64,000 nt of DNA from Bdellovibrionales bacterium. Its GTDB lineage: Bacteria > Bdellovibrionota > Bdellovibrionia > Bdellovibrionales > UBA1609. The position numbers and the translations under genes were made by a program. This document shows, in pieces, positions 9,685 to 19,278 of this stretch. The stretch spans positions 416,001 to 480,000 of the forward strand of contig OZ241877.1 in assembly GCA_965203095.1 (NCBI GenBank). The letters are read 5' to 3'. How positions within the stretch are numbered: position 1 is the stretch's first letter; each line of letters opens with the position of its first letter. The notes below the pieces were generated by a model, which ran no database searches, was not told where the DNA came from, and saw only the letters and a list, made by a program, of their open reading frames with translations.

Positions 9685-10455
9685 TTACAATTTAGTGGAA
9701 GCTCTGTCAAGACTTAGAGGATAAAAGACTTTTTTTAAATAAAGCCCTTGTCCGGGAGCGGTTTTTCCTGCTGTTCTTCGATCTTCAGCCTTTAATATGC
9801 TTTTAAATTGTTTTTCAGGAGTCTTTTCCTTTAAAAGATCGATATAAGTCCCCACTAAATTTCTCACCATCTGTTTTAAAAATCCTGATCCAGTGATTTT
9901 GTAGCAATAAAAAGAAGGGGATATACGCACCCATTGGGATTGATATATCTTTCTCACAGTGTCCTTAACTGGAGAACCCGAACTTTGAAAGCTTTTAAAA
10001 TTTTTAAGCCCTAAGATAAGAACAGCTATTTTGTTGAGTTGTTTTAAGGGCAAATCGCCTTTTTTCCACCAGATCAGGTCTTGAAACAAGACGGGAGGGC
10101 TTTCCCCCGTCCAAATAAAATACCAATAGCTCTTTTTTTTCGCACTGAATCGAGCATGAAAATCCTCCGGCACTCGCCAGCAATCTAAAACCGCTATATC
10201 ATTAGGCAAGTAGTAATTGAGAGCCTGACTCAGAGGGATTTTTTTAAATAAGCTTGCCTCTATCTCAAAATGAGCGGTTTGCCCCAGGGCATGAACGCCG
10301 GTGTCCGTTCGGCCAGAACCAATAATAGGGATTTTTTTTTTAAATAGTTGAAACAAAGCCTTTTCCATTTCCCCCTGGACTGTCCTTTTGCCCACCTGTT
10401 TTTGCCAGCCAAAAAAAAGGCTACCTTTATAGGATAAGAGGAGTCTTACTTTCAT
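9685..10455 (-). CDS. truA: tRNA pseudouridine(38-40) synthase
   Basis: YKGSLFFGWQ, GSGRTDTGVHALGQ, FHARF, GFLKQMVR, GLYL; start placed at MKVRLL. Confidence 0.95.
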   Translation of the reverse strand: MKVRLLLSYKGSLFFGWQKQVGKRTVQGEMEKALFQLFKKKIPIIGSGRTDTGVHALGQTAHFEIEASLFKKIPLSQALNYYLPNDIAVLDCWRVPEDFHARFSAKKKSYWYFIWTGESPPVLFQDLIWWKKGDLPLKQLNKIAVLILGLKNFKSFQSSGSPVKDTVRKIYQSQWVRISPSFYCYKITGSGFLKQMVRNLVGTYIDLLKEKTPEKQFKSILKAEDRRTAGKTAPGQGLYLKKVFYPLSLDRASTKL

Positions 10456-10459
10456 CAAA

Positions 10460-11122
10460 TCAAAAGGATATTTGAAGGCCCAAATCACAAAGGGGGTATT
10501 TGAAGGCTCTGCTCTTCTTCATAAGGTCATAATGCAAGCACTCTGCCCGGAGGCCCATGTCATTGATCCCATAATCTTGATCCAAGGAATAGACACCGGA
10601 CCGATCCAACAATTTAAAACTCAGGAAAAAACCATAAGACAAATAATGGTTCAGATCCCTTTTGTCATTAGATACGCGAGGCTCAGCTTGAGATCGACAT
10701 ATTGACCTCGCAAGCCCTCCCCCTACAAAAGCTTGAATGTCCTCTAAGTAAGCCATTTTTGCAGTCAAACCCAAATGATAAGCTATGGGATAAGCTGTCC
10801 GACAGAGATTATAGTTTTCTCCCTCAGACCCCTTTAACCATTTAAAAAAATGAGAACCGATTTGAAGTCCAGGGACAAAAACTTTTTCATAACCTGATGG
10901 CAAAACAGATTCTATTTCTGGAAAATACAAGTTGTATTTGATAAAAAAAGCCGGAAAGTTGCTAAAAAAATCCTTTTTCCACTCAAAGCTACCGGTGAAG
11001 ATGGAAAAACCAGTCATCAGCTCATGCCTTTCCGTTGAGGGCTGGGGCTTGTATTGGATTTGCCCTTGTAAAGACATAGGCAAAATAAAACAGAGGCTAA
11101 AAAGAATTTTTTTGATCCTCAT
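10460..11122 (-). CDS. Exported hypothetical protein, possibly outer-membrane beta-barrel
   Basis: Signal peptide MRIKKILFSLCF after AAGGAGG RBS; C-terminal DLGLQISF resembles a beta-signal. Confidence 0.6.
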   Translation of the reverse strand: MRIKKILFSLCFILPMSLQGQIQYKPQPSTERHELMTGFSIFTGSFEWKKDFFSNFPAFFIKYNLYFPEIESVLPSGYEKVFVPGLQIGSHFFKWLKGSEGENYNLCRTAYPIAYHLGLTAKMAYLEDIQAFVGGGLARSICRSQAEPRVSNDKRDLNHYLSYGFFLSFKLLDRSGVYSLDQDYGINDMGLRAECLHYDLMKKSRAFKYPLCDLGLQISF

Positions 11123-11214
11123 AAAAACCCTCCTTAGGGAGCGGTTTTGTTGAAGTGAGCTTATGCCCTTTTTTTGCCTAAAAATAGAATTTTTCCTATA
11201 GTTATTACTGCAAC

Positions 11215-12186
11215 TCATTTAAGCTCCCATAGCTTTTCAGCAATTTGCAAGCCATTGAGGCTGGCCCCTTTTAAAAGATTATCAGCCACTAAGCACATTA
11301 GCCAAGAGTTTTCTCCAAAACTGTCTTTATGGATGCGACCGGCAAAAACCCCTTTTTTGCCAGAGGACTGGCGGGCATGGGGGGGAGGATCCAAAACAAA
11401 GACATGGGGGGAAAGGGCAGAGGCTATCTCCTCTTTTGAGGAAGGGCTTTTTTTGAGAGAAAAGCGGATCACTTCAGAATGCCCATTAAGGCAGGGCACA
11501 CGAACAGTCCATGCAGAGATGGGAAGTTTTGGCAGATTTAAAATTTTCCGGCTCTCGGACATAATTTTCATTTCTTCCTGACAAAAACCTTCAGAGTTTA
11601 TAGGGCCTATAAAGGGAACACAGTTGAAGGCATAGCTTATTTCTTCCTTTTCATAAGGCTCTTTTCCATCTAAAATATTTTGGCTTTCCTGCTTTAAGCT
11701 TTCAAGAGCAGGCCCCCCAGCCCCACTGATGGACTGCAAACTCAGCACATGAACCGACTCCAAACCAAAAGCCTTGTGAAGAGCCTGAAGAGCCACAACC
11801 AACTGAATAGTTGAACAGTTAGGGTTGGATATGATTTGAGGCTTATAGCTTAAAAGATGGGCATTGATTTCCGGAACAATTAAGAGCTTTTGAGGATCTG
11901 AGCGAAAGGCGGAGGAGTTATCAATCACAATCACCCCCTTTTTGAGGGCCAGAGGGCACCATGTCCGGCTAACTTCCTCCCCGGCGGAAAAAAAGCAAAT
12001 ATCCAAAGCCTCAAAACCTTCCTCACTCAGGCTTTGGCTCCTTTGTTTTTTTCCAGAAAAAAAGCAAGTTTTAGCTGTCCGAGAAAAAAGCCGGAGTTCA
12101 TGAATGGGGAATGAAGGCTTTTGTTCTAAAAGCTTTAAAAAATTTTGGCCCACTAAACCAGTGGCACCTACAACTCCTATTTTCAT
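11215..12186 (-). CDS. asd: Aspartate-semialdehyde dehydrogenase
   Basis: VVGATGLVG, IDNSSAFR, VPEIN, NPNCSTIQ, SISGAG, DNLLKGA; near truA. Confidence 0.95.
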   Translation of the reverse strand: MKIGVVGATGLVGQNFLKLLEQKPSFPIHELRLFSRTAKTCFFSGKKQRSQSLSEEGFEALDICFFSAGEEVSRTWCPLALKKGVIVIDNSSAFRSDPQKLLIVPEINAHLLSYKPQIISNPNCSTIQLVVALQALHKAFGLESVHVLSLQSISGAGGPALESLKQESQNILDGKEPYEKEEISYAFNCVPFIGPINSEGFCQEEMKIMSESRKILNLPKLPISAWTVRVPCLNGHSEVIRFSLKKSPSSKEEIASALSPHVFVLDPPPHARQSSGKKGVFAGRIHKDSFGENSWLMCLVADNLLKGASLNGLQIAEKLWELK

Positions 12187-12301
12187 AAAAAAATATTTTT
12201 CCTCCTCATTCCTATTAGTCTATTTTTTTCTAAAATATGTCAAGAGTTGAAAGGGCTTGTTAAAAAAGCCAAACAGCTATACTTTAAAAAAACCAGCTTT
12301 T

Positions 12302-12378
12302 CGGACCGTAGCGCAGCCCGGTAGCGTGCCACCATGGGGCGGTGGAGGTCGCAGGTTCAAATCCTGTCGGTCCGACCA
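12302..12378 (+). tRNA. tRNA-Pro (GGG)
   Basis: CGGACCG/CGGTCCG acceptor stem, D-arm GCGCAGCCCGGTAGCGT, CCACC/GGTGG anticodon stem with GGG, GGTTCAAATCC T-loop, encoded CCA. Confidence 0.97.
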
Positions 12379-12547
12379 TTTTTTATAAAAATAAGATTCC
12401 TAAGATTCCCGTTTTCACAGAAATAACAAAGTTTCGCGGAAATAAAATAAAAAAAGTTGTATTTTTATTGCCTGGCCCACTGTCTTATAGTATTCGTCAA
12501 ACAAAACTGAGGGAGTTGAAAATTTATTTAATAAGGAGGAAGGCTTT

Positions 12548-12718
12548 ATGGCTGTGCCTAAGAAAAGAACCAGCAGATCCCGCCGAGGCATGAGGAGATC
12601 TCACAGGGCATTGGCCTTTCATGGTTTAAGTAGCTGTTCCCACTGCCGGGCACCAGTGAGGCCACATCATCTCTGCCTATCCTGTGGCCATTACAAAAAT
12701 AGGCCGATTTTAGCTTAA
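12548..12718 (+). CDS. rpmF: 50S ribosomal protein L32 (Zn-binding type), not in ORF track
   Basis: Hand translation MAVPKKRTSRSRRGMRRSH..CSHC..PHHLCLSCGHY (56 aa); AAGGAGG RBS. Confidence 0.95.
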   Translation: MAVPKKRTSRSRRGMRRSHRALAFHGLSSCSHCRAPVRPHHLCLSCGHYKNRPILA

Positions 12719-12736
12719 TTTTTAAGAGAGAAGGCA

Positions 12737-12970
12737 ATGGACATTCAAAAAGAAGTGATGAGTTTAATTGCCAAACAACTGAATCTACAGTTAAAAGATA
12801 TAAAAATGAGCAATGCATTCATTACCGATCTGAAAGCAGACAGCCTGGATGTGGTGGAGTTGGTCATGTCCCTGGAGGAAAAGTTTGGCATTTCCATCCC
12901 TGATGAAGAGGCAGAAAAGCTGGAAACCATCCAAAAAATGGTGGATTATATTAAAAAGCAAAAATCTTAA
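12737..12970 (+). CDS. acpP: Acyl carrier protein
   Basis: DLKADSLDVVELVMSLEEKFGISIPDEEAEK. Confidence 0.97.
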   Translation: MDIQKEVMSLIAKQLNLQLKDIKMSNAFITDLKADSLDVVELVMSLEEKFGISIPDEEAEKLETIQKMVDYIKKQKS

Positions 12971-12986
12971 AATTTTTTAAAAAAGC

Positions 12987-13430
12987 ATGCTCCCCTACTC
13001 TCTTCCCCTTTTAATAGCTTCTGATCATGCCGGTTGGCCTTTAAAGCAAGAACTAAAAAAATATCGAAGGGGCCTCCAATGGAAAGACCTGGGTTGCCAC
13101 AGCAAAAAACGAACCGATTATCCTGACTATGCCCAACGGCTTTGCCAGGCCTTACAAAAAAATATGATAGGGGTTTTAATTTGTGGTTCCGGGCAGGGAA
13201 TGTGCATACAGGCCAACCGCTACCCACATATCCGTGCGGCACTCTGCTGGGATGAAAACACCGCCAAACTCTCTAAAGCTCATAACAAAGCCAATGTCCT
13301 TTGCCTTCCGGGGCGAATATTGCCCCCCTCTACAGCCCTTAAAATTTTAGATTGTTTTTTAAAAACAGATTTTGACTCCCAAGAGGACTATAAAAGAAGG
13401 GTAAAAAAACTTTCGCCCCAAGCTTTTTAA
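12987..13430 (+). CDS. rpiB: Ribose-5-phosphate isomerase B
   Basis: ASDHAG, DYPDYA, GVLICGSGQGM, ANRYPHIRAA, HNKANVL. Confidence 0.95.
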   Translation: MLPYSLPLLIASDHAGWPLKQELKKYRRGLQWKDLGCHSKKRTDYPDYAQRLCQALQKNMIGVLICGSGQGMCIQANRYPHIRAALCWDENTAKLSKAHNKANVLCLPGRILPPSTALKILDCFLKTDFDSQEDYKRRVKKLSPQAF

Positions 13431-13436
13431 AAATAT

Positions 13437-13871
13437 TTAGAGCGAAAGTTTTCTTAAAATCTCCTCCTCAAAACCTTTGTAAAAAAGAAAATTTCTTAAA
13501 CGGAGAGCCTTTTCCTTATCGGATAACTGGCCCAAGGTGAGGCTTTTTTTTGATAGTAAATTTTTAGCCTTCTCCAATTCTCTATCTTCATCGTAAGGAG
13601 GGATAGGAAGACCTTTTTGAAAAAGAAAATTTTTCATATATCTCCAACTTTTATTTTTTTTGTGCAGGCTCTCAACTACTTTTTCACAAAGATCCTTTTC
13701 CGACTCTATCCATTTTTTTTGCTGAGCCTCTTTTAAAGCTTGCTCTATTACTAAGGAAGAAAACTTTTTAGAAAGCTTAAAAACTATCTCTTTTTTTGAA
13801 TGAGAGCGACGGCTCAAAAGATCAGCAATTTTTTTTAAAGCTTTTTTTTGATCTGTTGATTTTTCTGGCAT
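13437..13871 (-). CDS. recX: Regulatory protein RecX
   Basis: LLSRRSHSKKEI, C-terminal LRNFLFYKGFE; start at MPEKST after GGAGG; the longer ORF extension runs into repeat sequence. Confidence 0.8.
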   Translation of the reverse strand: MPEKSTDQKKALKKIADLLSRRSHSKKEIVFKLSKKFSSLVIEQALKEAQQKKWIESEKDLCEKVVESLHKKNKSWRYMKNFLFQKGLPIPPYDEDRELEKAKNLLSKKSLTLGQLSDKEKALRLRNFLFYKGFEEEILRKLSL

Positions 13872-13964
13872 ACCTCCGCTCTCCTTTAGTTCAGGGTATT
13901 GTAAAGGGCCTTGGGGCAAACTAAAGAATAGGCTTTTTAGCAAGCTTTTTCAAGATCGCCCCAT

Positions 13965-15335
13965 TTAAGAACCTCTTTTCTGAATAAAAAAACTCCCCTT
14001 TTGATAAAATTCAAAACCCTCCCTCTTTAAATCCTCCGTAGGGAAAAGCCCTCTCCCATCCACAAGCAAAGGCCGAGCGAGCTTTTTTTTGATAACTCCC
14101 AAGGGGATTTTAAATTCATCCCAATCCGAGGCAACGATTAAGGCTTGCCGGGCAGGGAGTGCGTCCAAAGCCTTTTTATGAAAAAACAGCTTTCCAGCAA
14201 AAATTTTCTTCCTTAAAAACTTTATAGAATCTTCTTGAAATGAGTTCCGGTTTTTATCTAAAAACATAAAAACTCTCTCTTTAACAAAAAGAGGATCATA
14301 TACATGACACTCTGCCCCTGCCCTCAAAAGCCGGCAGAGCAAGGCCAAAGCTGGAGAGTTTTTTAAATCATCTGTCCCCTTTTTAAAACTGATCCCATAA
14401 AAGGCCAGAGTGCTTTTTCTTAATTGAAGAATTTTTTTTATCACTTTAAAAAAATCAAGATAAAGAGAGGAGTTGATTTTTTGAGCACTTTTAAGCAATC
14501 TCATTTTGTGGCCATAAGCTTTCCCCTCGTAAAGGCTTAAAGCCACATCCTTAGGAAGACAAGTCCCCCCATAACCCAAACCGGGGGTTAAAAAGCCCTT
14601 CCCCATACGAGGATCCGATTCCAAAATCAGCTTTAATTTTTGAGGATTGCCTTGCAAGCTTTCACAAAGTTGACTCCATTCATTGGCAAAACTGATTTTG
14701 ACAGCTAAAAAAGAGTTGCTGGCCAATTTTGAAAGCTCAGCGGTTTCGGGATCAGTTTGAATAATTTTTTTGGGATGGGAAAACTTTTTATAAAGCTCCT
14801 CCAACTTTTGCCCAGTGGCCCGGGTCCTGGCTCCAATCACCAATCTTTCCGGGTTTTTAAGATCACTTAGAGCCTGACCCTGCCGTAAAAACTCTGGGCA
14901 GGTGATAATATTCAGAGTTTTCTTGTCTTTGAGCTTATCTTGAAGTTTCCGATTTGTCCCCAAAGGCAAAGTGCTTTTAATAATTAAAAACTGTTCCTTT
15001 TGTCTTTTCGAGAGAGTGGCCTGTTGAACAGCCATTTTAACCCAACAAAAAACCTCATGGAGATCCAATTCTCCTGATTTTTTAACAGGAGTATTCAAAC
15101 AGAAAAAAATAAAATCATTGGATAAAATATCCCTTTTAGATTCAGTCCAAAACATATTGGCTTGATTTTGTTTTATCAGATCTTTCAATTCAGCTGAATA
15201 AGTGAGATCCTGCCCCTTCACAGCCTGTTTTCTCTTGGGGTTTTTATCTGTAATAAAAACTTTACAGCCCGATTCTGCCAAAAGCCCGCCCAAAGGCAGG
15301 CCCACACGGCCTGCACCTATGATTGAAATTTTCAT
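13965..15335 (-). CDS. ugd: UDP-glucose/GDP-mannose dehydrogenase family protein
   Basis: IGAGRVGL, KSTLPLG, PEFLRQG, AELSKLASNSFLA, GYGGTCLPKD, SFKKGTDD. Confidence 0.9.
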   Translation of the reverse strand: MKISIIGAGRVGLPLGGLLAESGCKVFITDKNPKRKQAVKGQDLTYSAELKDLIKQNQANMFWTESKRDILSNDFIFFCLNTPVKKSGELDLHEVFCWVKMAVQQATLSKRQKEQFLIIKSTLPLGTNRKLQDKLKDKKTLNIITCPEFLRQGQALSDLKNPERLVIGARTRATGQKLEELYKKFSHPKKIIQTDPETAELSKLASNSFLAVKISFANEWSQLCESLQGNPQKLKLILESDPRMGKGFLTPGLGYGGTCLPKDVALSLYEGKAYGHKMRLLKSAQKINSSLYLDFFKVIKKILQLRKSTLAFYGISFKKGTDDLKNSPALALLCRLLRAGAECHVYDPLFVKERVFMFLDKNRNSFQEDSIKFLRKKIFAGKLFFHKKALDALPARQALIVASDWDEFKIPLGVIKKKLARPLLVDGRGLFPTEDLKREGFEFYQKGSFFIQKRGS

Positions 15336-15380
15336 AACTTTAAGAGATAATCACAGTTCAGTAAAAAAGTTAAGGCCAAA

Positions 15381-15962
15381 ATGTTTTTAAGGGATCGAGT
15401 TATTGTTTTAAAAAATCATGCTTTTTCTGAGTCGGATCTGATCATTCGAGGGATCAACTCTAAAGGTTGTCAGCTCTCTTTTATAGCTAAGGGGGCTTTA
15501 AAAAGCAAAAGGCGATTTTCCGGAGCTGTATTAGAGCCTACCGCCTATATCGAGCTGGAATATCGCCCATCTAAAAGAGCCTTGCACAATCTCCGTGAGG
15601 CCTGGCTGTTAGAGGATTTTTCCGCCTTGAGAGAGGATTACCTCCGGCTCCAAACCGCACTTTACTTTGTCCAAGTGACAAGTCGGCTAAGCCATGGGGA
15701 AACAGAAGATTCCAAGGAGCTATTCCACATCCTGGGAAATGCCCTAACCGTCGCACAAACAAGCCCTTGTTTGGATATTCTCAAGATTTGCTTTCAAGAA
15801 AAGGTTTTATTTCTCCAAGGAGTTTTACCCAAAGAGCTTATTATCCCAGAAATTTTAAAAAGCCCTTTAAGCCAGCACAGCCAGATAAAAATAGCGAAAG
15901 AGAGCAAAAACAACCTGCTCCAAAAACTGGATCAAAGCTTTAAGCTTTACTTGGATGGATAA
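15381..15962 (+). CDS. recO: DNA repair protein RecO
   Basis: IVLKNHAFSESDLI, AKGALKSKRRF, LEP. Confidence 0.88.
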   Translation: MFLRDRVIVLKNHAFSESDLIIRGINSKGCQLSFIAKGALKSKRRFSGAVLEPTAYIELEYRPSKRALHNLREAWLLEDFSALREDYLRLQTALYFVQVTSRLSHGETEDSKELFHILGNALTVAQTSPCLDILKICFQEKVLFLQGVLPKELIIPEILKSPLSQHSQIKIAKESKNNLLQKLDQSFKLYLDG

Positions 15963-15981
15963 GGGTAAGGATTTTTTTAGA

Positions 15982-16425
15982 TCAAAATAAAAAGCTTTCT
16001 AACCAAATTTGAAGTTTTTTAATGTAATTTTCAGCAAAAATCAACAAACCTGAGAGAATCATCAAAGACCCATAAATCATTCTCAAATAAAAATTAAGGA
16101 TAAATTTAGAGAACTTCTTAGTGAGAGAGGCCACAAATTGAGGATAAAAAAGCCATAAACTGGCTTTTAATGTGAGGACCCAACCGATAAATGTCACCAC
16201 CACCGTCCAACTCCAATACCAGTCATTGTGAACCCATATAGTGATAAGCCCTAAAAGAAGAAACATGCTCGCCGCTAAATAATTCAAGGTTTCATGTTTT
16301 TCCACCTGAGTGAATGTGTTGTAAAAAGACTGGATGATCCGACCATTGATCATAAGGGCCAAACCCCACAAAATGAGGGCACTGGCTGTGACGCTTTCCA
16401 CTAAAGAATACATGTCAATAAGCAT
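15982..16425 (-). CDS. Small membrane protein (about four TM segments)
   Basis: Hydrophobic segments with HNDW..W motif; GAGG RBS. Confidence 0.7.
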   Translation of the reverse strand: MLIDMYSLVESVTASALILWGLALMINGRIIQSFYNTFTQVEKHETLNYLAASMFLLLGLITIWVHNDWYWSWTVVVTFIGWVLTLKASLWLFYPQFVASLTKKFSKFILNFYLRMIYGSLMILSGLLIFAENYIKKLQIWLESFLF

Positions 16426-16527
16426 TTTGAAACCTCTTTTTTATTAAAGGGCCTGCCACTGCCATTTTAGACATAAAAAGCCACAATTTGAGCAAAGCAA
16501 GACTTTTTGTGAATGTCAAACTTTTTT

Positions 16528-17439
16528 TTAATTTTTTATATGCTTTTTAATGTTTTTAGCTAAGCCTTCCAACTGCTTGAGTTGGTCATGTTTTCTCAAT
16601 TTGAGATCTTCAGGATTTTCCCCTTTCAGTAAAGCTTTAATATACCTTTCAAAAGCATAAACGGGGCCATAAATTTTATTTGAGAGGTAAATGAAAAAAA
16701 TACCAATAAAAACACAAATCAAAAATAAAAAGAAAAAGGAATATTTTAAAAAACTAAAGCTGATTTGCCGGATATTGGCAAAATTAGTGATCTGAATAAA
16801 ACCTATAAATTGGTAATTTATTAAAAGGAAAAAAGTAGACAAAATAAAAAAAGCCAAAGCAGAATAACCAATAAATTGAAGCTGATAAGATCTCATGATA
16901 ATCAACTGCTTTCTTCTATCCTCAGGAAAAGTCTTTTTGAGGAAAAAAAACTGAGCAATAATAAGCCCCCAAGCTAAAGTTTGAAAAATATCGGCTAAAT
17001 TAAAGTAAAGATCAAAATCCTTAGAAGGGGACCATTTTATAAAATCCAAAACATAACCATTAAATATTTTATTGACAATGTTGCTTAAAAATCCAGCAAA
17101 TAAAATACTAATCCCCGTTTGTAGGTAAAAGAAAGCTTTAGGGATAAAAATCAAAGAGATCACATAGTAAAAAAGAAATAAGCAGAGAATGGCCGTAAAG
17201 TAAGTGGGGGGCAAAAACGAATCACTACCCAATTTCAAATTCAGGACAAGATCAAAGTTTTTAACAGGTGGAATAAAAGAGAAAGTCAAAAAATCACTCC
17301 CTGGTTCCTTAAAGGAGTGAAAGGCGAATTGCTTGCTTATCTGATCGACAACAACAAGAAATATAAAAATGGAGAGATGAATAATGATATATCGGCTTTT
17401 TAACCATTGGCTTTTGAGTTTCTTAAAAAATAAAGACAT
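16528..17439 (-). CDS. lspA: Lipoprotein signal peptidase II domain fused to a C-terminal TM-TM-HAMP-like module
   Basis: VVDQISK, GYVLDFI and FNLADIF motifs; extra two TM segments plus SNKIYGPV..LRKHDQLKQL HAMP-like tail. Confidence 0.7.
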   Translation of the reverse strand: MSLFFKKLKSQWLKSRYIIIHLSIFIFLVVVDQISKQFAFHSFKEPGSDFLTFSFIPPVKNFDLVLNLKLGSDSFLPPTYFTAILCLFLFYYVISLIFIPKAFFYLQTGISILFAGFLSNIVNKIFNGYVLDFIKWSPSKDFDLYFNLADIFQTLAWGLIIAQFFFLKKTFPEDRRKQLIIMRSYQLQFIGYSALAFFILSTFFLLINYQFIGFIQITNFANIRQISFSFLKYSFFFLFLICVFIGIFFIYLSNKIYGPVYAFERYIKALLKGENPEDLKLRKHDQLKQLEGLAKNIKKHIKN

Positions 17440-17512
17440 CGAAAGACCCTCCTTTTAAACAAAACTTTTATAGAAAAAAACCAAAGTCAAGGAGTTTTAA
17501 TAAACTATAATA

Positions 17513-17665
17513 GTCGTCCGTGAAAAAGCTGGACAAAAAACCTCGTCCTCTTTTTCCTGCTTTTGTCCAAAGGCCATTCGGTGCTGGTCCAAGGTATTGT
17601 AATACCGAAATGGAATGGTCCTTTGGACAAAAAAAGTTAAAAAACAAAGGTTTTTCACGGGCGAT
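17513..17665. mobile_element. ~153-bp MITE/REPIN-like element, copy 1
   Basis: Ends GTCGTCCGTGAAAAA / TTTTTCACGGGCGAT; TATAATA on both flanks; near-identical to 27874-28025 and inverted relative to 21475-21627. Confidence 0.85.
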
Positions 17666-17704
17666 TATAATAAACTAAAAAAATAATGCAAGGCAAAAAA
17701 AACC

Positions 17705-18703
17705 TCAAATCCTTTTTTTAATAAAACGCCCATAAAAAGCTCCCGCTGAGTAAAAAAAATGCTGACTGGTCCAAAATACAGGGACCCACCCACTGAGGGC
17801 TTTTTTACTCCTTATGAAAAGCTCCAAAGCGGCCCCAAACAAAATCCCCAAATAAATGAGCAATCCCAAAAAAAATACTTTTTCAAAAATTCCTAAAATA
17901 AAAAAGCTTATCATAAAGGGAGAGAAACAAAGGCGAATGTAATATAGCACTTTACTTCCATCCGAACCATAATTTAAATGGATAGGGGCCCGCACAGCTC
18001 CAAAAGCAAACAGCCTTTTGAGCACGGCCAGGTAAGAGCAGGCATAATTGTTGATAACTAAGGGATAAGGGAACAGGATCATATCTCCTTTTTGTGTTAG
18101 CCTCAAGCCCAAATCTAAATCTTCCCCAAGGCTTTTATATTTTGCAGAAAAATTTCCGCAATTTAAGACAGCTTGTTTTAAAAATAAGCCATTTGTTGTA
18201 GGGATGTGAAATACTTTTTTTGCTCCTCTCACTTGTTCAGCCTGTGGGCTATAACCATGGCCGAAAGGATGACTTAAGCTCAAATTGAGGACTTTTTGCC
18301 ATAATCTTTTTGAAGGGAGGCGGTTAGGCCCTCCCACAGCCACAACTGAAGAACTGGCCTTCTCATAGTTTAAAATAAGAGTTTCCAACCAATTTTTTGG
18401 GAGACGGCAGTCACTATCAGTAAAGGCAAGTAAATCGGACTGAGCACGATCAACTAAAACAGAACGGGCAGAACCCAAGTTATTTATAGAAGAAGAAAAA
18501 ATTTTTAAAGGGAGTTGATTTAAAAAGCTTTCTGCCACTTTTGTTGTTTGAGAACAGGCTGAGTTTAAAAAAATAAGAACTTCCTTTATCCTATCCAAGG
18601 CATTTTGATTTTTTATGTCTTTTAAGGTGAGGGCTAAAGCCTCCTTTTCCCGATGGCTAACTATCGCTACTGTGATTTTTTTAAGGAAATCTAACTTTAA
18701 CAT
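17705..18703 (-). CDS. Glycosyltransferase family 2 with C-terminal TM segments
   Basis: LAFTDSDC DxD motif, AVGGP, GEDLDL. Confidence 0.88.
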   Translation of the reverse strand: MLKLDFLKKITVAIVSHREKEALALTLKDIKNQNALDRIKEVLIFLNSACSQTTKVAESFLNQLPLKIFSSSINNLGSARSVLVDRAQSDLLAFTDSDCRLPKNWLETLILNYEKASSSVVAVGGPNRLPSKRLWQKVLNLSLSHPFGHGYSPQAEQVRGAKKVFHIPTTNGLFLKQAVLNCGNFSAKYKSLGEDLDLGLRLTQKGDMILFPYPLVINNYACSYLAVLKRLFAFGAVRAPIHLNYGSDGSKVLYYIRLCFSPFMISFFILGIFEKVFFLGLLIYLGILFGAALELFIRSKKALSGWVPVFWTSQHFFYSAGAFYGRFIKKRI

Positions 18704-18770
18704 ATTATTGGCCTTTTTAATATAGCCTAAAATTTGACAAAATTTAATTTTGAGTTAAGATGGCTATGTT

Positions 18771-19235
18771 ATGCAATGGTTTTTTGTATTTTTTGTTTTG
18801 TTTTTTCCTTTTTCCGGAAAAACCATTTACAATTTAAAAACCAGCCAGGAGAATCTCCCGGACACAAAGGCCAAACATTGGCTTTTGTTGTCTCAATCTT
18901 GCCACTCCTGTGCTGAGCTGATAGTCCGTTTGGAGACATTTTGCACTGGGAAAAAACCCTCTCCCTCTCAAATTGGTTTTTGGGCTATAGGTTCCAGCCC
19001 TTCAGCTCTTTTAAAAAAATTAAGGAGTTTTAAATCGGATTATGAGATTTTTTCTGGTTCTCTCAATGAGTTTTATGAAACTTACAAAGTGATGGGGACA
19101 CCCAGCTTAAAAATTAAGGGCAAGGCTCAATCTATTAGAGGGAAAGGGCCTATTTTAAAATACTTAACAAAAGCCTCTGGTTTTTGCTTGGCTACTGACC
19201 ATTCTCAAAACCTGTCCTTCCTGAAAGTGGCATGA
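18771..19235 (+). CDS. Exported thioredoxin-fold protein
   Basis: Signal peptide, CHSC (CxxC), GTP cis-Pro loop. Confidence 0.6.
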   Translation: MQWFFVFFVLFFPFSGKTIYNLKTSQENLPDTKAKHWLLLSQSCHSCAELIVRLETFCTGKKPSPSQIGFWAIGSSPSALLKKLRSFKSDYEIFSGSLNEFYETYKVMGTPSLKIKGKAQSIRGKGPILKYLTKASGFCLATDHSQNLSFLKVA

Positions 19236-19278
19236 GGGAAAAATTGAACTATACTAAGGACTGTTCCCCGGCCAGTAT

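Noticed and set aside
12342..12818. ORF-track calls 12342-12593 and 12558-12818
   Set aside because: They overlap tRNA-Pro and the real rpmF/acpP genes
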